Counted from the whole stretch's first letter, positions 39,700-52,301 are shown. The stretch: 63,932 bases of DNA, filler included, from Octopus bimaculoides (GCF_001194135.2; 6 parts of 4 records of this genome joined end to end with filler, not necessarily neighbours in it), one strand, 5' to 3'. Notes: generated by a model not told the origin, from the sequence alone. Translations and numbers: made by a program.

Positions 39700-40940
39700 T
39701 ATGTGGGAAGTGTGAAGAACGGGGGACGTTTTGATTGGCCAAAGTACTTTGTTCAATTTTTGATGGACATGTTTCATCAATTCAGTCAAGAAAGAATACT
39801 GTGTCTATGACACTTTACAGAGCATCTGTAACTGGTAGAAGGAAGAAAAGTATCTTCAAACGAGTGGTCTTGCCAGAATGTTTGAAGCGGAATGGAAGGA
39901 TCTTTATAGTTGCAGTTGCAGATTCAGTATTTTTTCAGTTTTGTTCCAATTGTTTTCAAATTTGCTTAAGAAGTAATATCAGAAAGGCGCCAGTTATCAA
40001 AGAGATTATTTTAGAAAACAATAGTATACAAAATAAACTAGTCAGTATAGTTAGTAGCTTAGCCGAAGCACACAGAGCGGGGATAGCAAATAACATGCTA
40101 ACGGCGAGAATGGCGCTTGAACTTTTCTTCAACTTTAAATATGGAAGCTGTATTGTCCAAGCTAGGATGCGTGCGTAGAAACATAAAGGCTCAAAAGCTG
40201 TTGGTTGGGTCCGGGTGCAGAGGCACAGCACGGCGACAAATCTATAATTCGGTCTGTGACAGACCTCTGCTGCCGTGTGCTCTCCGGTTCCAAACGGGTG
40301 AGCGTAGTGTTTCGGCAATCCTTCGCCGACTTCTTTTCAGTGAGTGGCCTAATTAAGACAGCGAGCTTTGAGGCCTAACTCGATGGTATGCCGCACCTAT
40401 CGGACGAGGAAATTGAGTGTTACGAAAAGCCGATTTCAGTGGAGGAAGTAGCAGACGTACTGAGCCGTTATGTGGGGCACAAATCATCAGGATAGGATGG
40501 CCAGCCCTAGGACTTGTCTGCTCTGGTTTTGCAGCCGTCTACTGCACCAGACAACAGACTGGAAGCTTTTCCAGTCGCGTGAGCCGGAGATGGTGACTTT
40601 GCAGAGAAAGGATCCGAACAAGGGGGACATGACTGAAAATTTCAGGCCCATAACTCTACTCAACACTGAATTAAGGATTTAGCTAAGGTGCTTGCCAAGA
40701 GTCTGACGCTAGCTCTTGGTAGTGTAGTCGGGGACGCACGAACCTGTGCAATCCCTGGTAGGTCTATTCCCGACAACCTGCACCTCATCCGATACAATCT
40801 AAATAGAAACGTTACAACGTAATAACTAAGCAAAATTAGTTGAATAGATCTGGCTTTGGAGGGACAATGGTCAATTTGGACCAGTCCAACATATTTGATA
40901 GGGTGGACCATCGTTATCTGTCTGATATTTTTTAAATAGC
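39700..40940 (+). mobile_element. L1/Tx1-type LINE ORF2 fragment (endonuclease-RT linker to RT domain 3)
   Basis: ARMALELFFNFKYGSCIVQARMRA; KDPNKGDMTENFRPITLLNTELRI; RTCAIPGRSIPDNLHLIRY; VNLDQSNIFDRVDHRYL. Confidence 0.85.
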
Positions 40941-41648
40941 CTCTGATTTCCCTTGACATGAATGTGTCATCCACTTATTTGTAATATTTGCGAAGAAGTA
41001 TTTTCCTTTGAGTGTATTTTCTAGTTACTGTTTTCGTAATTATAATCATTTCTGCCAAATGCATAAGGCCTGAAATTTTTGATGAAGAAGCTAGTCAATG
41101 TAATTGACCTCAGTGTTTATCCTTTCGGCCCAGAAAGGATGAAAGACTAAGTCGGCCTCAGCAGAATTCGTACTCGAAATGTAAAGACGAACGAAATACC
41201 GCTAAGCATTTTTCACGACGCCTCAACGACTCTGCCTGTGAAAGTCGGACGAGGTCTATAACATAACACTTGTAGTCAGATAAGAAATTGTGAAATGGGA
41301 GAGGAGACAAAAATATTTTGTTAACGTCGTTAGGCTACAGTGTTACTGCAATAATAATGGCTTCAAATTTTGGCACAAGGTCAGCAATTTCAGAGGAGGA
41401 CCTCCAGTGTTTAAGTGATACTTATTTTATCAACCCCAAAAGGATGAACGACAAATTCAACTTCGGTGGAATTTGAACTCAGAAGGTAAAGACGGACAAA
41501 ATGCCTCAAGGCTACCTTCAACCACTGTATTAATATTGAATATTTATATTTGGACAAAGCAGTGCACATCTTCTTCTTCTTCTTCTTCTTCTTCTTCTTC
41601 TTCTTCTTCTTCTTCTTCTTCTTCTTCTTCTTCTTCTTCTTCTTCTTC

Positions 41649-41687
<39 letters not shown>

Positions 41688-41929
41688 GAGAGAGAGAAGG
41701 GAAGAAGTAGGGGAGAGAGAGACGCATAATCAATTAAATGGTACCCGTTTATGTCTATTTCTCGTATCAAACCAGTCAGCATCTAACTTGAAATGGTTTT
41801 ATTTATTATACAAAAGGAAGACTTTAAATACTCGTCTGCACTTAGTTTGGCACTATAACTTGTACATGATATCTGCAGTATTCAACCAGGATTGGATGGC
41901 CTGCTCTATGAGCTATATTTCCAAATGCT

Positions 41930-43220
41930 AGACTTGTTCTCTCCTGTTTTGGCAGGCATCTACTGCAGCTGGCAAGAGATTGAAAGCGTATCTAGTCGAG
42001 TAAGCCGGTGAGTAGTGAAGAAGGATCCAATGAAGGAGGGGGGATGTGGTTAAAAATATCACACACATAACTTTGCTCTGTAGAGTGTCAAAGATTTTAT
42101 CAAAGGTATTCGATAAGAGGCTGGCGTTTGTTCTCAGTAGTGTAGTCAGAGACGCGCAAACTTGTGTAATTTCCGACAGGTCTATCCATGGCAATCTCCA
42201 CCTCATACTATATACCAAAGAACAGGTCGAGAATAGATTTGACTTTGGTAGGGCACTGGTCAATTTAGATCAGTCCAAAGTATTTGACAGATTGGATTAT
42301 CGCTCTCTGGTGTCTGACCTAAGAGCTGTCAGTTTTAGTCTGAATCACAAGTAGAGTGGCACCTGCTCGGGTATAAAATTACACGGCCACCTCTCAGAAT
42401 CGTTCAACGTCAAATGCTCTGTTTATTAAAGGATGTTCCTCGCCTCCTCACTTTATTTGTTTTGGTGCTTGTGTCTTTGCTGCGAAAGTTGGAGATTTTG
42501 AAGACTATCCCTCCCGACACAGGAGACTTTTGTCGGCAAACGCGGAAGACGGGACTGTCATGGTGTCATATACTTCGGATATAAGCGTGATCGACACTGT
42601 ACTGAGAGAATGTCAGATATGTGCTAGAGTACACATACACCAGAACAAGGTCCATGTTGACCAGTGGCAATTTTTGTCGTTGGGCTGAGAACCCGGTGGA
42701 AGTGCTTGGAATCTGGTTCGGAGCAGAACCCCAGGTGGATTGGAATTAGGAAGGTCATGAACAGGGTTGCCAATCTCACTCAGAATTGAGCCGAGAAGAA
42801 GCTGTCTATGAAAGACTGGATGAAAGTAGCTAATGCATACATCGCTTTGTTGATGTACTGTTGCCTGAGCATCACACATTTCCCAATAAATTTCTGACCA
42901 GATTGGAATGTTTGCTTTTCCAATTCTTATAGAAGAATCAGATTCCTTCAGTTTTCAACTCCCACTCCATAGTGATCTCAGGATGTTGTTCTTGATATGC
43001 GGGCATGCCTTGAGGTTGATGCATCTTCTGAAATCTCTACATTATACCGATGACAACGACGACGAAAGTGAAGACGAACTGGTGTGGGCAACTTTCACGG
43101 AACACGTCTTGCCGCTGCGGAACATCTTTCTGCTGTGACACATCTTTCCGCAGCTCATCTTCTTGACCTATTGTGGATCAGAAGTAGACTACGATTGGGC
43201 GTTTAGCATCTGGAATGTTA
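41930..43220 (+). mobile_element. L1/Tx1-type LINE ORF2 fragment (RT domain 1 to the C-terminal region)
   Basis: AQTCVISDRSIHGNLHLILY; LVNLDQSKVFDRLDY; SANAED (SAYADD equivalent); PVEVLGIWFG; KLSMKDWMKVANAYIA; GHALRLMHL. Confidence 0.85.
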
Positions 43221-43882
43221 CCAGGTGCTTAAACATACACACACACGCACACTCTCTCCCTCCTCTTTCTCTCTCACTGTATTTTTCTCTCAACAACAAC
43301 TTTTTCTCCTCCCTTTCTTCTAAAGGTAACGTATATTTTGATTCCTCCCCTTTTTCCCTTCCCTTTTATAGATGTGACGGACAGAGAGACACGGAGATCC
43401 GCTTGTTTTTTATAATATAAGATTCTTCTTCTTCTCCTCCTCCTCCTCCTCCTCCTCCTCCTCATCATCATCATCATCATCATCATCNNNNNNNNNNNNN
43501 NNNNNNNNNNNNNNNNNNNNNNNNNNNNNNNNNNNNNNNNNNNNNNNNNNNNNNNNNNNNNNNNNNNNNNNNNNNNNNNNNNNNNNNNNNNNNNNNNNNN
43601 NNNNNNNNNNNNNNNNNNNNNNNNNNNNNNNNNNNNNNNNNNNNNNNNNNNNNNNNNNNNNNNNNNNNNNNNNNNNNNNNNNNNNNNNNNNNNNNNNNNN
43701 NNNNNNNNNNNNNNNNNNNNNNNNNNNNNNNNNNNNNNNNNNNNNNNNNNNNNNNNNNNNNNNNNNNNNNNNNNNNNNNNNNNNNNNNNNNNNNNNNNNN
43801 NNNNNNNNNNNNNNNNNNNNNNNNNNNNNNNNNNNNNNNNNNNNNNNNNNNNNNNNNNNNNNNNNNNNNNNNNNNNNNNNNN

Positions 43883-43941
<59 letters not shown>

Positions 43942-43962
43942 ATTATTATTATTATTATCATT

Positions 43963-44180
43963 AAGGTGCCGAGCTGGCAAAATCGTTAACACGCCGGACG
44001 AAGTGCTTAGCGGCATTATGTCTGCTGCTACGTTCTGAGTTCAAATTCCGCCGAGGTCGACTTTGCCTTTCATCCTTTCGGGGTTGATAAATAAAGTACC
44101 TATTGAGTACTGGGGTCGATGTAATCGACTTATCCCCTCAGCCAAAATTCCAGGCTTTGTGCCTGTGGTAGAAAGGATTA
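43963..44180 (+). mobile_element. tRNA-derived SINE (family C), full length, between (GTT/ATT)n runs
   Basis: AAGGTGCCGAGCTGGCAAAATCGTTAAC...GAGTTCAAATTCCGCCGAGGTCGACTTTGCCTTTCATCCTTTCGGGG...(ATT)n. Decayed relatives at about 1290-1375(-), 10015-10205(+), 18815-18960(+), 41044-41238(-), 41355-41522(-), 46330-46430(+), 50995-51215(+). Confidence 0.85.
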
Positions 44181-44545
44181 TTATTATTATTATTGAGTGA
44201 GAGAGCAGTGCATGCCATCAAAGTGACACTGGGGTAAAATATATGAAGCCCATTATACCCATCATGACTACCCGTCTGATAAGGGTACACCAGGCACATG
44301 CATCACAACCATATGTGCGCGACATGGTGATCTCATATCAAGATAAACAGCGCATGACCTCGCAGGTGGGGCCCAGTTAGAATTTTCTTCAGGTCGAGTA
44401 GCCCATCCCACTCAAAAGGTCCCTGAATAAGGTTTGTTTAAGGATGTTGAGCAAAACACCCATGTTTCCAAAGGTGAATTATTCAAACCCCAAAGAATTC
44501 CTCTCAACACATGGCTAAGATGCTCCCCCACTACTTCTGCTCATG
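44178..44545 (-). mobile_element. 3' end of a retroelement with an (AAT)n tail, tail-to-tail with the family C SINE
   Basis: Complex non-SSR block ending on the minus strand in ...GCACTGCTCTCTCACTCAATAATAATAAT; recognised from memory as a common octopus repeat; cut by a linker. Confidence 0.55.
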
Positions 44546-44645
44546 NNNNNNNNNNNNNNNNNNNNNNNNNNNNNNNNNNNNNNNNNNNNTTAATTAATTA
44601 ANNNNNNNNNNNNNNNNNNNNNNNNNNNNNNNNNNNNNNNNNNNN
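44546..44645. other. Artificial scaffold-join linker
   Basis: 44 N + TTAATTAATTAA (44590-44601) + 44 N. Confidence 0.95.
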
Positions 44646-44678
<33 letters not shown>

Positions 44679-45298
44679 CATAATACCTTAGCCTAAAACA
44701 TTTGATAATCCTCCAGAAAACTCACGTGTGACCCATATTGGAGCGTCGCAGAAATCGGGTCTAGCGCTGTTGTTACACACACAAACATCCCAGTCGTTGT
44801 CGCCCACTCAAAAGTCATTCAGTTAATTGGCAATGACTCACTTACCAACAGTTGCAACCAATGACTCATTGCAGTAAAGCTGATGATTTCTCAATGTTTA
44901 ATATCTTAGGCAAGGTAAAAACAGTATAATGTGTTTAGGTTGACATTCATTTATATTACGGTTCACTCGGGAACTGTGGATAGAACCGGAAACGGATTCA
45001 TATTGCTACATGATGACATTATATTATAAACAGGAGTTGCAGAAGTGTACTTACAAAGTAATATGTTGTTGTTGTTTTGACGACCTCATTCATCGACAGC
45101 GATATGTTTTCTCCCCTCTTTATCTTTTCTACAATGGACTGTTGTCCTCGGTGCCAACTGATGTCGTGCCACGTTCACCCAAGCATGACCAGCTCGCTCC
45201 TCTTATCTCATCCGTTACCCACATTATATCTACCCCTTTCTCAATCTCTACATCAACCAATACACCCAATCTTACCTCCTTTACACGCTTTTGTGTGT

Positions 45299-45342
<44 letters not shown>

Positions 45343-45659
45343 GCCGACATGGAACTCTTTGAAAGAATCATTAAACATATATCAGCGGTGTCAAAGGACC
45401 AGCAAAGATATAGACACATACGAGATATGGGCACATACTCTTTTATGCACCAAACAGATAAAAAGTGTTTTTAAGTAAAACGATTGTAAAATACTTTCTT
45501 GCCGTAATATTTCTATCTATAGTTTTTCGAATTTCTTTTCTCAAGCCTAGCATGCCCAAGGCCGGGTTTATGTTTTGTGATCCTCGATTGCGCCACGGAC
45601 TGTATTATCCAGTATGTACATCAAAAGTTATGTGTCTAGATCTACATTATTGAATGTGT

Positions 45660-46110
45660 CTTGGAACCATAGAATATGTTGAATAACGTTAGGAACGTCC
45701 CACAACAATCATATAATTCAGATCTTCCCCCAAAACTGCCCTATGAATTAAATTTGTCTGGGAAAGAACTGATCTACAGGCTCAATATCGGAGATACAGA
45801 CAGTTTTTAAACTCGTATCAAACTGGCAGAAAAACATCTCCACAAAACGTATACACAGATCTTGACTTCTTTCAGAGAAAAGAATAAAAGAACATTATAT
45901 TTTGTTAGAAATGTAACACTAAAAAATAGGGGTGTGAAAACCACCTCCTAAATAAACAAGAATTTATAGCCAAGGTCGGCGAGTATAAAGGTCGAAACAG
46001 CAAATACAACCTCTGTATCATAGGGAAGCTATATATATTAGTCTCTAGAGAAAACATCTTGAATATCAGGAAACATTTTCTCCTTGCCTACACACGAAGC
46101 AGTTTAAATT
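45660..46110 (+). mobile_element. Decayed Penelope-like GIY-YIG endonuclease remnant
   Basis: NCPMN*ICL.K..IYR, IGDT.S..TRI and NLCIIGKLYILVSRENILNIRK resemble the Penelope CPL..CL...IY, YIG and CNLCL.EK..I...LN.R motifs. Confidence 0.55.
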
Positions 46111-46587
46111 GCGAAATTTTAAGCACTATTCAATTTTGAACGACCCACCTTTTCAGCCAGGATAACCGAATCTATGCTCTGTTTCTTCTCCCACCCAACT
46201 CTTCCTTAGCTTCTCCCTATAACCACTCTATACCAACAGTTCCAGGTCAGGAGACTCATGCTTAAATTCGAAGCTATATGTAATTACGTAATTTTTTAAA
46301 AATGATTAGTAGGAACCTGCCAACTAATCAGAGTCGATCAAATAAGTATTAGTTGAGCACTGGAGTCTATGTAATCGACTTACCCAAAACCCAGAACTTG
46401 CTGGCCTTGTACCAAAATTTGAAACCAATATCAATACTGATGGAATGAAAGCAACAACTGCCTAAGTCCTTGAATAATTACCTTTCCTTATCTGTATATT
46501 CTGTATTTTATTTTACCGAATAACTTTCGAAGTCTCGTAGCCAAATCCCAAAGAGCTCGAAGACAAAGGTTATGTATCTATGCATGT

Positions 46588-46775
46588 AAAGGCTGCGAGG
46601 TGGAAGAATCGTTAGCACATCGGGGAAATTGCTTAGCAGCGTTTTTACATTGAGTTCAAATTCCACCGAGGTCGGCTTTGCCTTTCATCCTTCCGGGTTC
46701 GATGAAATAAGTACCAGCTGAGCACTGGGGTCGATGTAATCCACTAGCCCAAAATTCCAAACCTTGTGCCAATAA
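46588..46775 (+). mobile_element. SINE family C copy
   Basis: AAAGGCTGCGAGGTGGAAGAATCGTTAGC...GAGTTCAAATTCCACCGAGGTCGGCTTTGCCTTTCATCC. Confidence 0.8.
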
Positions 46776-46970
46776 CAGAAAATATATATTTATGTATGTA
46801 TGTATGTATGTATGTATGTATGTATGTATGTATAGGAATGGATGCACTCAGTATGCGACAATTTTATCGTTCAGATTTCGGCTCGTATTGTTAACCACAT
46901 TCAAGTTCCACCCTGGTGTGATCCCACGGGGTCCTGCGCAGCCTCAGAAGGGTCATAATGTAAAGCACAT

Positions 46971-47006
<36 letters not shown>

Positions 47007-47018
47007 GCACACCCACCC

Positions 47019-47069
<51 letters not shown>

Positions 47070-47599
47070 GCATGTATGGGTACAGGACGTCACACACTGT
47101 AAACAACATGAAGCACAAAAACAAGCGAGTTAAATACGAAAGCAACAGGAGAAAAAAAATTGAGAACTGTACAAGTAAGACAAAGCACGACCCTTCATCT
47201 TCCAAAATAAATTTTGGATTTTATGGAGGGTCAAAATTGGGAACAAAAACGGGACAGTGGAGACATACAAAGAAACCGAACTAAAACAAACATGGAGGGT
47301 CGTTAGACCAGAACGAGGGGAGGGGGAAATAGTGAACGCTGGAAAGAATATTTTCTTTGGAAAGAGTAAAGATTGAAGACAGAGATAGAAGACGTCCCGG
47401 CCTTAGAACATGGAGTAGGAAAAGAGAGATGGTCATGTGAGGATCAGGAAAAAGGAAGATGGTCACGTGTGAGCAACGAGAGAGAGAGAAAAGGAGAAAG
47501 AGGAGTAGGGTGAGAGAGACAGATAGAAAACGGTGTAGGGGATGTATATATATATATATATGTATGTATGTATGTACATATGACAATTAGTTGGCGTCA

Positions 47600-47662
47600 T
47601 AATAAAACTCAGAGTTTCGGATGCCGGGACTGAAGTCTGCTCCGGCATCTCATCAGATTTTA
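47600..47662 (-). ncRNA. Minimal type I hammerhead ribozyme motif (left arm, opposite strand)
   Basis: Minus strand TAAAAT - CTGATGA - GATGCCGG...CCGGCATC - C - GAAAC - TCTGA - GTT - TTATTA; stem III is the near-palindrome ACTCTGAGT; stem I has two mismatches. Confidence 0.65.
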
Positions 47663-47678
47663 AGACATGCGTTTGTCT

Positions 47679-47741
47679 TAATAACTGATGAGATGCCGGA
47701 GCAGACTTCAGCCCTGGCATCTGAAACCCTGAGTTTTATTA
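47679..47741 (+). ncRNA. Minimal type I hammerhead ribozyme motif (right arm)
   Basis: TAATAA - CTGATGA - GATGCCGG...CTGGCATC - T - GAAAC - CCTGA - GTT - TTATTA: intact CUGAUGA and GAAA cores, 8-bp stem II, 6-bp stem I, short stem III, GUU triplet. Confidence 0.7.
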
Positions 47742-48148
47742 TGACAACCAACTAATTGTCATATATATTATATATATATACACACACATATAATCATAAG
47801 CCATAAATCAACTGGTAAATGGTAACATACAGAGAGTAAAGGTCTATTATATTTTATTGGTATGTGGTGATTTATTTACTGACATCTGGGAGTTAATTTA
47901 AGCATTTCTACACCAGAACCAAGGATAACCTTGTCAACAGTTGTTATACTTTGCATAGCTGGTGTCTCTTGATTTCACATCACAATTCCAACTGTTCCAT
48001 CTTATACATGTCATAGACACACACACGAATATATATATCTATGTATGTGTGTGTGTGTGTATGTGTGTATGTATATGCGTGTGTGTGTGCGGTGTGTGTA
48101 CGCCGGTATGGTCACAGCTCTTGAGCTGATACTAGCTCAATTCAATTC

Positions 48149-48190
<42 letters not shown>

Positions 48191-48275
48191 CATATATATG
48201 TATGTACAATGTATATATGTACATTAATATATATACTTGTATGTAAGTATATATATATATATATATATATATATA

Positions 48276-48375
48276 NNNNNNNNNNNNNNNNNNNNNNNNN
48301 NNNNNNNNNNNNNNNNNNNTTAATTAATTAANNNNNNNNNNNNNNNNNNNNNNNNNNNNNNNNNNNNNNNNNNNN
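48276..48375. other. Artificial scaffold-join linker
   Basis: 44 N + TTAATTAATTAA (48320-48331) + 44 N. Confidence 0.95.
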
Positions 48376-48439
48376 TATATATACATATATATATATATGT
48401 GTGTGTGTGTGTGTACGTGCGATTATGTATGTGAATACA

Positions 48440-49660
48440 TACATACATGCCAGTCTGGAAGGCAACCCCTTTAGAAACACTCCTTCTCTGATAACCTAGA
48501 GCATATACCCAAAGACGTCGCACGACTCTACCGCAACGTATCATCAGATGAAAAGATGAGCCTATATGAGCAGAAGACTATGCATGGATATGTTACTAGA
48601 AAGCTCCGTGATGATAGTAACATATATCATCAAAACAGTTTATCATGGACCAATAGCCGGATTACTCTTTCCTACTTTGAAAGGTATACGTTCGCAATTC
48701 AGGAAATATTAACCAAGTACCTGATGTATAAAAGCGATAGAGATGCAGATAAAGCCGTAAAGTGTGACAATCGACGCAAACTTTGTGGAGATATCCACAC
48801 CATAAGCAATCGTACGAAAATGTCGTCACTGTATTATCTACCTATGCGACATGACGTTGTAGCTGGGACACTATATGATATCTGTCGGAAAGATAATCCC
48901 GAGGACAAAGAAATAAGAACCCACAATATGGTAGAAGCTATAGCCACTCATAACAAAAAGAATACTGGTGGAATGTACCAGTGAAGACCACAATAAAATG
49001 TAAGCACAACAAACATGATATAATGATTCGGGATGGAGAAAAGAAACTGTGCACAGTTATGGAAGTTAGTTTCCCAGTGGATGTTAATATAAAGCTGAAG
49101 TTCAATGAAAAAGAGAACAGCTATGCTGAACTATTGAGAAATCTGCAGTTACTCTATCCAGGTTTATACCTGTAATTATTGGGACCCTGGGATATATAAC
49201 ACACTGCCTAAATACCAATCGTGAGAAATTAGGCTTCTCAAAACCAGAAAGGAGAAAGCTAATTCGAAGTCAACATATCCAATACATCCCTGGAACTGTA
49301 AAAATATGTAAAACCTTCCAGATGTTTATCATTTACATATATATGAGCTTGTCTAGATATGCAACTAAATGCATCAGAATATATACATAAAATATACAAA
49401 TCTGCACATACACATATACATACATAAATACATGCATACATAAATANNNNNNNNNNCATACACATATACATACATAAATACATGCATACATAAATACATA
49501 CATATACACATACATACATACATACATACATACAAACAAAAATACCCTGTTGTTCATGTTGAAATTCCAATGAAAGAGTCTTAGATATAGGTTAGAAACC
49601 GGTTCTTTCTCTATTGGCAAGAAATCTTGAAATAAACTGAAAAATGACATGCATACATAC
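48440..49660 (+). mobile_element. R4/Dong-like non-LTR retrotransposon 3' fragment with a restriction-like endonuclease domain
   Basis: KTMHG; degenerate zinc knuckle followed by RHDVV; HNKHDIMI...MEVSFPVDVN..EKENSYAELLRNLQLLYP; IIGTLG; GTVKICKTF. The probable 3' UTR contains a (TACA)n run and ends ...TGACATGCATACATAC. Confidence 0.8.
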
Positions 49661-50074
49661 GTGGATATGTGTATGTGCGCACACTTCTCAAATATCATAG
49701 GTTTCCTGCAGAAATATTCAAACGAATTTTAATTTAGGAATGGCAAATTGCAAATGATCTGATGCGTGTCACACAAAATCACGAATAAACCGGTGTTTAA
49801 AAGATTGAATTTGTTCCGCATAGGTATATATAGAATAATATTTAATCTTTTGACGTAATAAAACATATATCCGATATCATGCTTTAAAATCTTACAAGCA
49901 ACGATAAATATACTATGCTTTAACATCAAGTGTATTCCACAGTTGTGCACATTCATATATTCTTAACCATGTGTGAAAAAATTAACGTATGCTTATTTCC
50001 ACATATTGATATGAATCATGTGAGCGCAAATACGCAAAAAAAAACCAGAAGAAAAAAACATTGTGTAAGAAATA

Positions 50075-50245
50075 TACCTCGACAAAACACCAACCTGTCA
50101 AACTAATCATTGAGGACCGTGTGAAACGACTTAACATACATAGATCGTACTTCACATTGAAAAATCAATGACTTTATTTCTCCGATAAAACCTGTTGCAC
50201 AATAATTAACATCTTAAAAAGTGAAATAGGTACCGTTAGCAAAAG
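50075..50245 (+). mobile_element. Penelope-like reverse transcriptase remnant
   Basis: SYFTLKNQ*LYFSDKTCCTIINILKSEIGTVSK matches the AFITLKDHK.NF..KP.CRLINP.KSEIG.ISK motif. Confidence 0.6.
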
Positions 50246-50289
50246 AAAAAAGAGAGAGAAAGAAATTAGATAATTCTACAGACATGGCC

Positions 50290-50979
50290 AGCGTACGACT
50301 TCAATGACTGCTGCTCAGTGCTCTGTAAACATTGCAGAGGATGTAAGGGGTGACAGAGACATCAAAAAAGCCAAATAGCCCCAAACTGTAATAGTCTTTG
50401 CGTGTATCTTCAGTGATGGTGACGCCATGCCTCGCGATATCTTTGAACAGGGCCTTAGCCTCAATTCAGAAAGCTATATGAAGCTGATTGAGACTATAGT
50501 CAATCCCTTGCTGGAGAAGGTTTGCACCTGGAAAGTCATATGTATGACAGCAGGATTCGATCCCTTGCCACACCTCCAGAAGGAGTCAAATATGGTAGTC
50601 GGAGAATTTCTACGACTTCACTAGCCCCAATTTCCGGTCTTTTAATTCTCTTGATTGTAATTCCATGGATTACTATGTGTAGAGTAAGGCTGAGAAAGAA
50701 ATCAACCGCCATATCCTCAAAAACCAACGCCGAGTTGGGGGCCAAGATCAAGGAGGTTTTCGAAGATCTCAGAGAAATAAGTAAGAACGCATGTGCCAGG
50801 TTCCTGAGCTGTTTTGAGGTCTTTGTGGAAGCTGAGTGCAGCTACTTTGAGTAAACTGCTATCTCGCAGCCATAATCTAGTTCATACTGTGTGATTTTTT
50901 AAATACATTTATTTTAGGATGTGATTTTGTGTTTTCTCAACCGTTTATGCAAACTGTCAAAATTGTCTTGAACACGCTG
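50290..50979 (+). mobile_element. Tc1/mariner (maT/DD37D-like) transposase 3' half and right end, decayed
   Basis: TVIVFACIFSDGDAMPRDIFEQGLSLNSESY; QQDS.PCH..; SENFYDFTSPN...DCNSMDYYV; AELGAKIKEVFEDL..NACARF..CFEVFVEAECSYFE*; terminus ...TTGAACACGCTGT. Confidence 0.85.
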
Positions 50980-51307
50980 TCTAACTACATGTCGGGCTCC
51001 AGTAGAATACGGGCTGGTAGAATCGACAGACAGTTAAACAATACTCATGAAATTTATTGTTCCGGTTTTATAAATACAAAATCCCGCCGAGGCCAGTTTC
51101 GCTTTTCATCCTTACGAGTTCGAAAAAAAATTAAGTACCTATAAGTACTGGTATCAATGCCTTCCCCTTTTTCCCAATCGCAATATTGTTGACATTGTAC
51201 CTAAATCAGAAACAATTAGCAGTCAAATATAATAATTTACCAAGTGTTCATGTATTCAAAACCTCTTAGTCAGTCAAGCTACACTAGTACACGCACGCAG
51301 AAAGACG

Positions 51308-51340
<33 letters not shown>

Positions 51341-51353
51341 TCATACATTCATT

Positions 51354-51392
<39 letters not shown>

Positions 51393-51936
51393 NNNNNNNN
51401 NNNNNNNNNNNNNNNNNNNNNNNNNNNNNNNNNNNNNNNNNNNNNNNNNNNNNNNNNNNNNNNNNNNNNNNNNNNNNNNNNNNNNNNNNNNNNNNNNNNN
51501 NNNNNNNNNNNNNNNNNNNNNNNNNNNNNNNNNNNNNNNNNNNNNNNNNNNNNNNNNNNNNNNNNNNNNNNNNNNNNNNNNNNNNNNNNNNNNNNNNNNN
51601 NNNNNNNNNNNNNNNNNNNNNNNNNNNNNNNNNNNNNNNNNNNNNNNNNNNNNNNNNNNNNNNNNNNNNNNNNNNNNNNNNNNNNNNNNNNNNNNNNNNN
51701 NNNNNNNATATATATATATATATATATATATAAATTATTTAGGTGGCTATTCGCAATTTAGAACCGGAAACCAACAAGTGTAGTCGTCAGTAAGGTGGCA
51801 GAGGGTGCCAGTAAGCACCAACATTGCTAGAAATAAGAGCCAAAACAACTCTTAACCACCTGAGATCACTTTCCTAACCACTAACAAAGGAGACAGGCTC
51901 CCTCCGGCAAGTGAAACGGAGTCGTATATATATATA

Positions 51937-52301
51937 ACTTGTTTTAGTCATTACACTGCATCCATGTTGGGGCACCGCATTGAGAGAATTTAAAATCGAA
52001 TATGTCGAGCCTAGTACTTTTTGTTTTAAGCCTGGTACTTATTCTATATATTTCTTTTACCCATCCGCTTATGAGAATAAACACACCAACACCGGTTCTC
52101 AGACACAGACTCATATAAATAGGTAAATACATTTATATATACGACGGGCTTATTTCAGTTATCGTCTACGAAATCCATTCACAAGAGTTTGGTTGGCCAG
52201 AGACCATAGGAGAAACTTTCCCAAGATGACACGCAGTAGGACTGAAGCCGGGATGAGGAGGTTGGGAAGCAAGATTCTTACCACACAGCCACGCCTACGC
52301 C
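51937..52301 (-). mobile_element. Near full-length tRNA-derived SINE (family A)
   Basis: Head GGCGTGGCTGTGTGGTAAGAATCTTGC, central TTGGGAAAGTTTCTCCT...GATTTCGTAGACG...GAAATAAGCCCGTCG, and 3' part GAATAAGTACCAGG...CAACATGG...AATGACTAAAACAAG. Shared with the copies below. Confidence 0.8.

Larger units (their letters stand above)
47578..47764. mobile_element. 187-bp foldback (palindromic) element with a hammerhead-ribozyme motif in each arm, probably Penelope-like or retrozyme-derived
   Basis: Arms of about 89 bp (ATATGACAATTAGTTGG...TAAGAC / GTCTTA...CCAACTAATTGTCATAT) around an 8-nt loop, with few mismatches; sits in (TA)n-rich sequence. Confidence 0.85.

Noticed and set aside
44840-44885. 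Minus-strand GTAAGT donor with a YCNE-like peptide
   Set aside because: It lies upstream of exon 1 and across a join; the acceptor is weak and the surrounding residues do not match PAS.
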